The notes below the pieces were generated by a model, which made no database searches, was not told the origin of the DNA, and worked only from the letters and a program-made list of their open reading frames with translations. This document shows, in pieces, positions 1-9,480 of a DNA stretch of 64,000 bases. This DNA comes from an uncultured delta proteobacterium (GTDB lineage Bacteria > Desulfobacterota > Desulfomonilia > Desulfomonilales > Desulfomonilaceae): contig CAWBKB010000001.1 of the NCBI GenBank assembly GCA_963789265.1, positions 1,824,001-1,888,000 on the forward strand, in the 5' to 3' direction. Within the stretch, counting starts at the first letter, position 1; every line of letters starts with the position of its first letter. Made by a program: the position numbers and the translations under genes.

Positions 1-348
1 TAACTCACTTTGAATACGGGTGATTTTACCGACCTTGGTTTTCACGCCGTTTACATTTACGGGTACGCTGGAAATGAGATGTATGATCTCCGACCGCTTT
101 GCATCAATCTGATGACTCAGCTTAACGAACTCGGGTTTCGAGCGGTTAATCTGCTCAAGAATCGGCTTTGTCTGCTCACGAGTCAGGCTCAAATCCTCTC
201 GGAGAAACTTCTTCACCGGCTTCTGAGCCAGGGACATCTCTGTCGCTTGCGATTGACTCGTCCACCATGAGAAGGCTAGAGTGGCCGCAGCAGCCCCATT
301 GAGAGCCAGCGAGAACGTGAGCAAGTATATGAGGGAGGTCCTTTTCAT
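1..348 (-). CDS. Periplasmic Spy/CpxP/ZraP-like (heavy-metal sensor family) protein, 3'-truncated by window edge
   Basis: Not in the ORF track; read by hand. ATG at 348 overlaps the anti-sigma stop (ATGA). Sequence MKRTSLIYLLTFSLALNGAAAATLAFSWW...FLREDLSLTREQ... is open to base 1, with an N-terminal hydrophobic segment and an L-x-L-T-x-E-Q motif. Confidence 0.7.
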   Translation of the reverse strand, partial: MKRTSLIYLLTFSLALNGAAAATLAFSWWTSQSQATEMSLAQKPVKKFLREDLSLTREQTKPILEQINRSKPEFVKLSHQIDAKRSEIIHLISSVPVNVNGVKTKVGKITRIQSEL

Positions 349-821
349 CGCTCGCCTCCATTACCATCAGTCCAAATAAAATCTAGGGATGAGCCTCGCT
401 CTCTCGCCCCAATCCCGGCCTGAGTGAGGAGGTCATAAGAAGAACCAGTGAAATCCGAGATTACCGAACGGGACAAGTTCAGACCGGTCCAGATTCCAAG
501 TACGATGCCAAACACCAAGAATACGCCAGGCACCATCGGCCTGAAGTAATTAAGGAAGCCCAAAGAGGGCAGAAATCTTCTCCCCAAAGACTCTTCACCC
601 ATGACTCCGATTACGTGAGACACAATCTTCTCTTTGAGAAATGGCGGCATGGGCGGTTCAGGCGACTGGAGCAGAGCTTTGTCCACGAGTGAAAATTTCT
701 CAGCCACGCCCCGGCAACGAGCACAACCCTCCAGATGTCGGGCAAGAGCTGCCTCATCTTCTTGACCCAGCTTCTCCCCTCGCATTCGGAGTATTCGGAC
801 TTGCCATTTCCGACAGCTCAT
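345..821 (-). CDS. Membrane-anchored zinc-finger (zf-HC2) anti-sigma factor
   Basis: HLEGCARC (HxxxCxxC) motif, one transmembrane helix, directly downstream of an ECF sigma factor. Confidence 0.85.
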   Translation of the reverse strand: MSCRKWQVRILRMRGEKLGQEDEAALARHLEGCARCRGVAEKFSLVDKALLQSPEPPMPPFLKEKIVSHVIGVMGEESLGRRFLPSLGFLNYFRPMVPGVFLVFGIVLGIWTGLNLSRSVISDFTGSSYDLLTQAGIGARERGSSLDFIWTDGNGGER

Positions 822-885
822 GATTCCGTCTCCTGTCTTTTATACGGATGGTGAGACAAAAAGCCTGCGGCCTGTCGCTAAAAAA

Positions 886-1455
886 TTATAAATCAAGTAA
901 TTTTATAAGGTTGCGTTTTGCTCTCACGAGCAAAGATTCTACCGAAGAAAGGGTTCTTTCCATGACCTCTGCGATTTCCTTAGTGGGCAATTCTTCATAA
1001 TACTTCAGTATTACCGCGGTTCGCTGTTTCTCAGGAAGGGATCGGACAGCAGATGCAACCCTGTCCGCAGTTTGTTTGAACGAGTAACTTTCCTCGGGGT
1101 TTTGGGCCACCCAAACCAGAGGCTTTCCTTCGCCTTCAAGAAAATCGGTCGAATCTGAAGCATCAAGGGAATGGACCTTGCGGTACGAGTATGATCTAGC
1201 CAAGTCGATGCTCGTGTTGCGGACAATTCTGATCAACCAGGTTTTGAAGGACATTCCCGCCTTAAAGCGCCGGGCATGGCGATAGAGTTTCAGGAACACC
1301 TCCTGAGCGATGTCCTGAGCAAGGGACTCATCACCCGTGTAGCGCACGGAAAATCGATAAATGGATGCTGTGTGCCTTTCCACCAAGGCTCGTAAGGCGT
1401 TTTCGTCTCCGTTTCCCAGGGCTCGAATAAGTTCTTCGTCAGATGACTGACGCAT
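886..1455 (-). CDS. ECF RNA polymerase sigma-70 factor
   Basis: Region 2 (AQDIAQEVFLK...FKTWLIRIVRN) and region 4 (LPEKQRTAVILKYYEELPTKEIAEVM). Confidence 0.95.
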   Translation of the reverse strand: MRQSSDEELIRALGNGDENALRALVERHTASIYRFSVRYTGDESLAQDIAQEVFLKLYRHARRFKAGMSFKTWLIRIVRNTSIDLARSYSYRKVHSLDASDSTDFLEGEGKPLVWVAQNPEESYSFKQTADRVASAVRSLPEKQRTAVILKYYEELPTKEIAEVMERTLSSVESLLVRAKRNLIKLLDL

Positions 1456-1763
1456 TGGTACATTGCCTCTTCAATATCTAATTGTCATTCCATATAGAAT
1501 GTGCCATTGGGTTCCGCTCGTGCCAAAGATTTCCAGCCCGTTATTGATCCCCGCCTTGTATACTTATCCTGCTTATTATCAGGCTGCAAATTTCCCGAAA
1601 GAGCTGGCAATATCTTGAACATCCTACCCGGCATTCGCAGGGAATTCCGCGGGCACCCAATCCAACTGGAATTGCGGTTTGAGAATAGTAAGGTATCCCT
1701 TCATCACATTCGAAAAGAACTTGAGACAAGTGTTATAATTTGGAGTGTACTGAAGAAGTTTGA

Positions 1764-2096
1764 TTTCCTTTTAGGTTTTCAGTTCAGGATTCTCCTTCAG
1801 ACAGCCAATTCGTTCAATTGATTTTGGCAATGCGCCTCTTTCTGCCGGAGGTGGGCTTCAATCTCTCCACACGTGAAAGAGCCGATCTTCGTGACAGATT
1901 AATCCCGCTCGGAACAACTCACATCAGCGCAGGTTCTTCAACACGTCCTGGCGGTTACTCATCTTGTGGTGGGCAAACATTGTCTCAGTTCGAGATCGAG
2001 GATGACCGAAGCCCCGCCGAGGTTGTCGCTGCTATTCGCAACGCGGGTTGCGACCCTGTATGGAAAGATTTCGATCGCGGTTTTCACCCGGCTTAA
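1764..2096 (+). pseudogene. thiH: C-terminal fragment of 2-iminoacetate synthase ThiH (BATS region only)
   Basis: LSTRERADLRD...ISAGSSTRPGGYS...QFEIEDDRSP...DPVWKDFD resembles the ThiH C-terminus. There is an in-frame stop at 1761 and no radical-SAM CxxxCxxC domain upstream. Confidence 0.8.
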
Positions 2097-2168
2097 GAGG
2101 AAACCGCTGGGCAGGTGGCCCATTCACGTACACGGGGGATCTTCTGCGCGCAGTCCTTTCGAGAAATG

Positions 2169-2245
2169 AATGGTGTGGCAGGCTTCCAGCCTGTCTGTTG
2201 GGATGACGGGCAACCCCGCGTTCCGCGCGGGGCGTCGCTACCAAG
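2169..2245. repeat. REP-like palindromic repeat cluster
   Basis: Hairpins GGCAGGCTTCCAGCCTGTC and CCCCGCGTTCCGCGCGGGG; ends resemble the element at 11769-11820 in reverse orientation. Confidence 0.6.
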
Positions 2246-2264
2246 CCATTTTCTCTTTCCGTGA

Positions 2265-2528
2265 TTACTTTTGAGAATCGCTATAATCATGTAATTCCGA
2301 GGCAGGGACCTTGAAGGCTAAGTGGTTATATGAGCGCTCAGCCGCCGGTTCGCCCTCCATAAGTGCTGTCCACATCCCAGCGACTATGAAGAATTTTTCA
2401 CGGGAGAGCGAGAAATTCTTGGCCGCGCTGTCATAAACTTCTTCAACGTCGAAGATTTCACGAAGGAACAGCGATGTTCTGTCCAGGTCTCTGACCACGA
2501 AGGTGATGTGGCTTATAGATTCGATCAT
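2265..2528 (-). pseudogene. Truncated FosX/FosE-family VOC fosfomycin-resistance hydrolase
   Basis: MIESISHITFVVRDL...FSLSREKFF...LMEGE...RSYNHLAF resembles the FosX N-terminus. It ends after about 87 aa, without the C-terminal YFYDxDNHLFELH segment. Confidence 0.75.
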
Positions 2529-2624
2529 TATGAGACTCCGTCGGATTACCCAATTCCCTGCGACCATCAATCATACCGTTTCCCACAAGAACTACAATAA
2601 CGCCTATGCAAACATATACCGGAA

Positions 2625-2769
2625 GTATCCATTCACTTACGCGCGGCGAAACATTGTCATTGCGAGCGAAGCGAAGCAATCTCTTCCCCTAATGACTTAG
2701 ATTGCTTCGTCGTTTCACTCCTCGCAATGACAGGGGTTCGACAATTCCCCCTCGTAAGTGAATGGTTAC
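2625..2769. mobile_element. MITE (145 bp) with 17-bp terminal IRs and 8-bp target duplication
   Basis: IRs GTATCCATTCACTTACG / GTAACCATTCACTTACG (reverse complement). TACCGGAA is duplicated at 2617-2624 and 2770-2777. Internal TGTCATTGCGAG...CTCGCAATGACA palindrome at 2655-2732. Confidence 0.8.
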
Positions 2770-3179
2770 TACCGGAATTCTGACGCGTCCGCAGCTTTCG
2801 GAGCCCTGAAGGCAGTGATCGGTCACCCAAATCCAATTGTTGCACGGACCTCAATTGGCCGCAGAGTCGTGTTTAGTGTGGACCCAATCGCGCGCTATTT
2901 TTTGCCGGTACACTTTCAAAAGCGGCACGCGAGCATAACAGACTGATATTGTCTGTTAAATAAGCCATTGTACTCAAATTATTTTTAATATATGCTTCAC
3001 ATCGCGGGCAAATCTCATACCCAACTTGTCGCGCATGTGGCCAGTGAAGTTATCTGGTGGGCTCGGCGACGCTGAGCGTGCAAGAGCCATGGGAATGACT
3101 CGTTCAATTTGATGTGCAAGATTACAAGGCCACTCAGTGCGAGAATTTTTTGATTGGGGTCTTCAAAGGGGGCCTACTG

Positions 3180-6100
3180 ATGACCGACGAAGACGAGGCC
3201 GGCAAAGAGCTCATCACCGCATTACGAGAGAGAGTTGCCAAGTTAGAGCAATCGCTGGATCTGGCTCGCGAAAGCGCGAGCGGGCATCAGGCCGAAGAGA
3301 GATTCAAAGCTATGGTGAAAGCTTTCGACGGCTTCATTTACGTGTGCTCTTCCAACTATGAAATTGAATTCATCAACCAGCGATTCATCCATCGAATAGG
3401 ACGCAATCCAATAGGGGAAAAATGCTATCAGGTGATCCATGAGGTGGGGGATACTTGTCCCTGGTGTGCCGTAGGGACGCTACAACTGGGGGAAATCGAG
3501 CGCCGGGAGCTTCAAAGTCCCAAAGACGGCCGCTGGTATCGCGGTGCAAGCACTCCGATCCGTGGTTCGGACAACACGATCTCCTGTTTGGTTATGCTAG
3601 AAGACATTACGGAGCGCAAGCGAATGCAGGAGGCATTGAGAGAGAGTGAACAGCGCTTTCGATCCATTCTTGAAAATCCCCACACCGTGGTGCTCATTAT
3701 TGATCCGGAGACAGGCAGAATTGAGGACGGCAGCCTCGGAGCTTGCAGTTTTTACGGCTATAGTAGGGATGATCTGAGGCAGCGGAATGTCTTTGACATC
3801 TCCACCCTTCCTCCTCAGGCAATATTCGAAAGAAAGCGAATGACAGGGCTTCAGCCGTGCAGGTATTTGGAATCCCGGCATCGCATGGCTAGCGGAGAGT
3901 TCCGAGATGTCGAGGTATGCTCGTGCCCAATGGTTATTAGTGGAAAGGTGCTAGTGTTCACCTTGGTGAACGATGTTACGGGCCGCAAGATGGCTGAGGA
4001 AGCTTTGCGGAAAAGTGAAGAACGATACCGGGACCTCTTTGATTCCGCTCCCATCTCAATCTTGGAACACGATTTCTCTGAAGTACAGGCCCGCTTTGAT
4101 CGGTTGCGCTCTTTGGGAGTTGAGGATTTCAAGACCTATTTTGAGAATCACCCTGAGGAAGTCAGATCCTGCGCATCTATGGTGAAAAACCTGGGGGTAA
4201 ACCAGGAGACTGTTGCTCTCTTTCAGGCCCCCGGGAAAGAAGACGTCCCTCATTACGTGACCCCTTACTTGGAGGAAGAGTCGTGGAACGTCGTGAAAGA
4301 TGCCTTTGTGGCATTAGCTGAAGGCAAAACTCGATTTGAAGGAGTGGGTACAATCTCGACTCTCACCGGCGAGAAGAAGACCCTTGCTTTCAGAATGTCA
4401 GTGGCCGAGAGACGAGAAAATGCACCGTTGAGGGTTCTGTTGTCTTTGATAGACGTTACGGATCGCAAAAGAGCGGAGCAACGACTCGAAAGGTCTGTTT
4501 CGCTCCTTCGTTCCACTCTTGAAGCTACGAACGACGGCATTCTCGTTGTCGGCAAGGATAAGAACATTGTAGCTTACAATCAGAGGCTCCTGGATATGTG
4601 GCAGGTGCCGGAAAACATTGTCGCGAACCGCGATGTTTGTGAAGCAATATCCTTTGCACTGGCAGACTTGAAGAATTCTGACACGTTCAAGGACCACCTT
4701 GGTGGTTTTCTCAACTGTGACGAATCAGACGGCTTAGATGTGCTCGAATTCAGAGACGGACGAGTCTTCGAGTGCTATTCTCGGCCTCAACGCATCGGAG
4801 AGCAAATGATTGGGCGAGTATTGAGCTTTCGCGATGTGACTGACCGCGAGCACTGGGGAAATGCGCTACAGGAATCAGAACAGAGAAATCGTCTCCTGAT
4901 TGAAGAGTCACCGGTCGGCATCGTGCTCGTACAAGATAAAAAGCTCACCTACGCCAACCCCGTGGCTCTGGCCATGTTAGGTTATAAGGATGCGGCCGAA
5001 GTCCTGGGCCGAACCGCGGAAGACTTCCTCGCACCTGAGGAACGAGAGCGAATCGAGAAACTGAGAGAAGACCGTTTGGCCGGTGGGCAGATCTCCGTTC
5101 CTCTAGAGTTAAGAGGTGTCAAGGAAAATGGCGAGGTGCTCGAGTTGGCCGTCTGGCCACGCGAAATCAGTCACCTCGGACAGCCGACCACTCTGGCGTT
5201 CGTCACGGACAGAACCGAAGCCAAGAATCTGTGGGCGCAGCTCCTTCATTCCCAGAAGATGGAAGCCATTGGCACTCTAGCTGGAGGGATCGCGCACGAT
5301 TTCAATAACCTCCTGACGGTGATCCTGGGCTATTCGGAACTCATCCTTTCGGAAAAAGACAAAGAAGATCGAGAATACGAAGACCTCAAGAAAATAGTGG
5401 ACGCGGCACAAACAGCGGGGAACATCGTTCGGCAAGTGCTCGCATTCGGCCGCAAGACCGACGTCAAACTGAGCCCTCTCAACCTGAATCGCCAGGTGGA
5501 ACAGCTACGAAAGATGCTTTCCAGGCTGATTCCTAGGAACATAAAAGTTCAAATCAACCTAGACCCGGATCTTCCCACGGTCAATGCAGATCACGCACAG
5601 ATGGATCAGATTCTGATGAATCTTGCCGTCAATGCACGGGACGCAATGCCTAACGGTGGAAATCTCACCATTGAAACCAAGCTCGTGGACCTGGGCGAAG
5701 AATATTGCCGCTCCCATGTTGAATCTTCCCCGGGACCGCACGTCCTTGTGAAGGTCAAGGATACTGGTATTGGGATTGATAAAGCCTCGATGGACCGAAT
5801 TTTCGAGCCCTTTTACACTACAAAGGAATCGGGACAAGGAACAGGACTTGGTCTCAGCACGGTTTACGGTATAGTAAGATCCCATGACGGGCACATAAGC
5901 TGTGACAGTGAACCTGGTGTGGGAACCACCTTTAGCATATATCTGCCGGTGCGCAGGATCGAAACTGAGGCGGATTTGGAAACCAGCCGGGAATTCTCGG
6001 CTTTCGGAACGGGCACGATTCTTCTCGTCGATGACGAGGCATCTATCCGAGACTTCGGGAAGAAAGTGCTGGAAAAGGCAGGATACAATGTAATCACAGC

Positions 6101-6377
6101 CTCGAACGGCCGCGGAGCAATAGAAGCTTACAAAAAGAAAGGGGCGGCAATCTCTCTGGTTATTCTCGATCTCAACATGCCGGTTATGGATGGCGCGCAA
6201 TGTCGCGAGCAGATCCTGAAGGCAGATCCGGAGGCAAAAATCTTGATAGCATCCGGATATTTCTCTGACCGAGCACCCAGAGAGGTAATAGAGTCAGGCA
6301 AAGGATTCATTGGAAAGCCGCTCAAAGCAAAAGAGCTTCTCAAGGCCGTTCGGAATGTCTTGAACGAGGGGTCATAG
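3180..6377 (+). CDS. Multi-PAS hybrid sensor histidine kinase/response regulator
   Basis: Several PAS/PAC repeats, H-box AHDFNNLL, HATPase (NLAVNARDAM, DTGIG, GTGLGL) and a C-terminal receiver (ILLVDDE...LDLNMP). Start moved to ATG 3180 after GGGGG. Confidence 0.95.
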   Translation: MTDEDEAGKELITALRERVAKLEQSLDLARESASGHQAEERFKAMVKAFDGFIYVCSSNYEIEFINQRFIHRIGRNPIGEKCYQVIHEVGDTCPWCAVGTLQLGEIERRELQSPKDGRWYRGASTPIRGSDNTISCLVMLEDITERKRMQEALRESEQRFRSILENPHTVVLIIDPETGRIEDGSLGACSFYGYSRDDLRQRNVFDISTLPPQAIFERKRMTGLQPCRYLESRHRMASGEFRDVEVCSCPMVISGKVLVFTLVNDVTGRKMAEEALRKSEERYRDLFDSAPISILEHDFSEVQARFDRLRSLGVEDFKTYFENHPEEVRSCASMVKNLGVNQETVALFQAPGKEDVPHYVTPYLEEESWNVVKDAFVALAEGKTRFEGVGTISTLTGEKKTLAFRMSVAERRENAPLRVLLSLIDVTDRKRAEQRLERSVSLLRSTLEATNDGILVVGKDKNIVAYNQRLLDMWQVPENIVANRDVCEAISFALADLKNSDTFKDHLGGFLNCDESDGLDVLEFRDGRVFECYSRPQRIGEQMIGRVLSFRDVTDREHWGNALQESEQRNRLLIEESPVGIVLVQDKKLTYANPVALAMLGYKDAAEVLGRTAEDFLAPEERERIEKLREDRLAGGQISVPLELRGVKENGEVLELAVWPREISHLGQPTTLAFVTDRTEAKNLWAQLLHSQKMEAIGTLAGGIAHDFNNLLTVILGYSELILSEKDKEDREYEDLKKIVDAAQTAGNIVRQVLAFGRKTDVKLSPLNLNRQVEQLRKMLSRLIPRNIKVQINLDPDLPTVNADHAQMDQILMNLAVNARDAMPNGGNLTIETKLVDLGEEYCRSHVESSPGPHVLVKVKDTGIGIDKASMDRIFEPFYTTKESGQGTGLGLSTVYGIVRSHDGHISCDSEPGVGTTFSIYLPVRRIETEADLETSREFSAFGTGTILLVDDEASIRDFGKKVLEKAGYNVITASNGRGAIEAYKKKGAAISLVILDLNMPVMDGAQCREQILKADPEAKILIASGYFSDRAPREVIESGKGFIGKPLKAKELLKAVRNVLNEGS

Positions 6378-6385
6378 CGGGGAAC

Positions 6386-6522
6386 GGGGTAATACATTAA
6401 AGGGCCTTGTTTCTGGCTTTTTCCCTTTCGCCCTGCACAGTCGTGCTCACGGTGAAGTAATGGAGTCCATATATGCTGGGATCTTCTGCCGCAAAAAACA
6501 AGGCCTTTTAATGGGTGACCCC
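6386..6522. repeat. MITE-like element with imperfect ~27-bp terminal inverted repeats
   Basis: GGGGTAATACATTAAAGGGCCTTGTTT versus reverse complement GGGGTCACCCATTAAAAGGCCTTGTTT. Confidence 0.6.
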
Positions 6523-6544
6523 AGTACTGCCGTTTGTTGGTCAG

Positions 6545-6570
6545 TAATTAAGTATGGTGTACCCGGAACT
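6545..6570. repeat. 26-bp element end, identical to 9083-9108
   Basis: TAATTAAGTATGGTGTACCCGGAACT occurs twice. Confidence 0.85.
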
Positions 6571-6578
6571 ACGGCATG

Positions 6579-7283
6579 TCACGCTGCTTCCTCAGGATAC
6601 ACAATCAATGTCTTGCCTTCTTGCGCCAACCGACCCGACTCTTTGAGCGCTTTCAGCGCCCTAGTGATACTAACCCTGTGTGCCCCGACAAGAAAACTCA
6701 GTTCCTCATGTGTTAGGGGAAACTGGATTCTGAACCCGTTACGACTCCTCACACCGTGCTCTTTGGCAACAGTGACGAGCACATTGTACAGTCGGGTTTC
6801 CAGGCGGGTCAGCGACATATTACTAACACGGCTTGTCAACGAATCAATCCTGAGGCTCAAGTTTTTGATTACCTGTAGCCCTATGGACGGATGTTCTAAA
6901 ACAAGTTTTTCGAAAGCCGCTTTGCTGAAACCGCAGGTGAGAGTGTCTTCCATGCATACGGCTGTCAACGAATAATCGGCATCTTCGTTCAGGACACTTT
7001 CTCCTATAATGTCGCCGCCTTTACGAATATCAAGCGTAAATTCGGAGCCGTCCTCCATCAATTTCGTCAATTTGACCCGTCCAGCCTTTATCAGGAACAT
7101 CTCGACCGCTCTGTCCCCCTGATAGAACATGATTTCCCCAGGCCGGAGTTTCTTGCGTAAGGCAGCTTTTGCGAGGGCTGTCATGTCCTCGGCTACAAGG
7201 TTTTGGAAAATCCATAAGCTGCCAATACACGTCGGATTTAGCTCTATACCTGAGCCCGCCAGTTGCTCACAAAGACATTCCAT
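6579..7283 (-). CDS. Crp/Fnr-family transcriptional regulator
   Basis: cNMP-binding domain (FYQGD...GDIIGE) and C-terminal HTH (LTHEELSFLVGAHRVSITRAL); N-terminal Cys residues. Confidence 0.95.
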   Translation of the reverse strand: MECLCEQLAGSGIELNPTCIGSLWIFQNLVAEDMTALAKAALRKKLRPGEIMFYQGDRAVEMFLIKAGRVKLTKLMEDGSEFTLDIRKGGDIIGESVLNEDADYSLTAVCMEDTLTCGFSKAAFEKLVLEHPSIGLQVIKNLSLRIDSLTSRVSNMSLTRLETRLYNVLVTVAKEHGVRSRNGFRIQFPLTHEELSFLVGAHRVSITRALKALKESGRLAQEGKTLIVYPEEAA

Positions 7284-7773
7284 TTGCTATCACTTTCATA
7301 ACCTTATAGAAATTCTTGATGCCTCCATGAACCCCGTATCTGACTTTGCCGGGGAAATCCCTCTATCATGGCCCTCCTGGTGGGGCCATGTTCGCGATAA
7401 ATACGGCTGACGGGACTATGAACAATCTCGCTCATCGGCTAGTCCCTTGACGGACAAATTTCAGGCGCTGAACTACTTCAGCGCCCGATATTAAAGGACA
7501 TGCAAAAATAGGATCTCACTTCTTCTTTTCTTCCGATTTCGGATCGTCGGCCAATTTAACCTTTTTGCCGCAGAGATCACAATTACCTTCCTCTGTGATA
7601 CACGGCTGTTTGGGCGCCTCTCCTCCGCAGATTCCGCACTTAGACATTCACGATCACCTCCTTTTATTATGAAGACTCCCAGTCCAACAGGCAATCGGAT
7701 TTCTTTGAATAAGCGTTTCACATTACAAGTCTTTCTTGAAGCGTTCAGTGTATTTTCTTGATATAATGAAATG

Positions 7774-8353
7774 TTATTCCAATAATTGCAGCAACATACG
7801 GTGAAAGGGTTCCAGGCTTATGGATTCAACCTCTACGGGAACTTGTACCAGGTCGAAAAATTCCAATATTTCCTCGTCTGTAAGGGGTACGAGACCAGGG
7901 TCGAGCACAAGAATCCGCTCATATCTCCCCAGGTTTATGCGGAAATCGACTTCGGTCCAACCGAGGAGTCTTTTCATAGATTCGGGCCAGAGCCTCACCC
8001 ATGAAGGCGTCATTACCATAGTGTGATTCTGTTCATATTCTTTCACCTTATCTCCAACAAATGCTCCCAGGCAGTTATTTGCGGAAGGGATCGACACCCC
8101 CTTTTGCTGGGCCAGTAAATCAATTCCTGGTAGACAACCCCAACCATACAAGACTCGAACGTGGCTTTCTGCCGTGCCTTTCGACTCGTCGATGGCTGAT
8201 GTCAATTTTTTTTCAAGGAGAGCAGGGTCTGAATGAAGCCCCACGTCCATCCAGAACCATTTCAACATCCAAGGATTCCCGTTCCTTTTGCAGGACGTAG
8301 TTGATTTCTTCCTCAAATATTTTGCACGCAACCAAGATTCTCTTTTTCTTCAT
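7774..8353 (-). pseudogene. DUF1638 domain protein with a +1 frameshift near 8255 (possibly a sequencing error)
   Basis: MKKKRILVACKIFEEE...EMV joins WMDVGLHSDP...LYGWGC...NNCLGAF if one base is removed. Confidence 0.75.
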
Positions 8354-8464
8354 CGGTCCCTTCCCGTGTTGCAAAACAGCTCCACGTGGAGTCGGTTTAG
8401 GCATTGGCGCGCTCTCCAAGACCTGGCAGGCGTTGGAAACAGCATCTGTTCTACAATCTTGCAA

Positions 8465-8704
8465 TCATAGCCCGGCCCGCTTTAGAATCGTCTCGGCCAC
8501 CTGCTCCGCGCTGGTAAAGGGAAAATCGTCTGGTTTGAGCAGCTTTCCCGCTTCGCCCGCTGTCATTTCGATTTCCCTCGACTTGCATTTGGTGTCGGCA
8601 CCTTGCGGGAAGGCCGCAAGAAGGGCCCCTGGCGAGCCGATTGGAAAATTGGCGCGGGCAAGAGCACCAATAATTTGATTTCGGATATCCTCTTTGATAG
8701 ACAT
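8465..8704 (-). CDS. MTH865-like family small protein
   Basis: ANFPIGSPGALLAAFPQGADTKC...TAGEAGKLLKPDDFPFTSAEQVA; AGGAG Shine-Dalgarno upstream of ATG 8704. Confidence 0.8.
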   Translation of the reverse strand: MSIKEDIRNQIIGALARANFPIGSPGALLAAFPQGADTKCKSREIEMTAGEAGKLLKPDDFPFTSAEQVAETILKRAGL

Positions 8705-8967
8705 GACAAAACTCCTGAATTTGTTGGGTGACGGGGCTAGGTTCGCTCCTACCCCCATTTAGTTGAAAAGATCCGATGAGCACTTAAGCACATCCCGATC
8801 ACATACATGAACTCAGGCTTTCTCACCTCCGTTTCTTCAGGGATTTGGGATACCCACGAGTTTGATCAATAGATTATCAAAGCCGAAGCGTGGATTCAGT
8901 AGCGGTCGCTACAATCTGAGGAAATTTCTGTTTTTTTTCGGCTCCCCTCTTCCAGGGCCTAATCCGT

Positions 8968-9107
8968 GTTCTGGGTACACCATACTCAATTCCCTTTGGG
9001 GGTTCCTTTTGGTCCGAGGGTTTCCGCCTATGCAATACTCTGGCAAGCTCGCCTTTCACGATATCTTGCATTTGTTTGTCAATAATTAAGTATGGTGTAC
9101 CCGGAAC
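8968..9107. mobile_element. Non-autonomous element (140 bp) with 24-bp IRs, probable REP-associated tyrosine transposase remnant
   Basis: GTTCTGGGTACACCATACTCAATT / reverse complement GTTCCGGGTACACCATACTTAATT. The internal minus strand reads ARVLHRRKP-(GPKG), like RAYT C-termini (inference). Confidence 0.6.
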
Positions 9108-9137
9108 TTCTTTCCACCGCAGAAGAGAGGCTTCGCT

Positions 9138-9440
9138 ATGAACAAGAAGATGATGCCTGCTAAAGATCGACCGACCAGGCCGATTACGATTCGCATGCCT
9201 GTGGATGTCTTGGAGGATCTTAAACGTGTAGCTCCAACGAAAGATCTGCCCGGATATCAGTCGCTCATCAAGGTCTACATTAGACAAGGTTTGAGACTAG
9301 ACATGGAACGGCTCTGGGAAACTGAAGAAAAATCCGGGAGGTTGGATGCTGTTCTCACCGAAATCGGACTAAAAAAAGAGGAGAAGAGCAAAATTTGGGA
9401 GGCACTAGGTGGTGAACATCCGCGAACCGAAAACGCTTAG
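9138..9440 (+). CDS. BrnA/CopG-like ribbon-helix-helix antitoxin
   Basis: RPITIRMPVDVLEDLKRVA...GYQSLIKVYIRQGL. Confidence 0.75.
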   Translation: MNKKMMPAKDRPTRPITIRMPVDVLEDLKRVAPTKDLPGYQSLIKVYIRQGLRLDMERLWETEEKSGRLDAVLTEIGLKKEEKSKIWEALGGEHPRTENA

Positions 9441-9480
9441 CCCCGATTGCCGCCAAATCTTCGACGAAGCCAACTTCCCG

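Noticed and set aside
1541..1729. 62-aa Cys-rich ORF upstream of the ECF sigma gene
   Set aside because: TTG start, no clear Shine-Dalgarno and no recognisable family; cannot be distinguished from a chance ORF.
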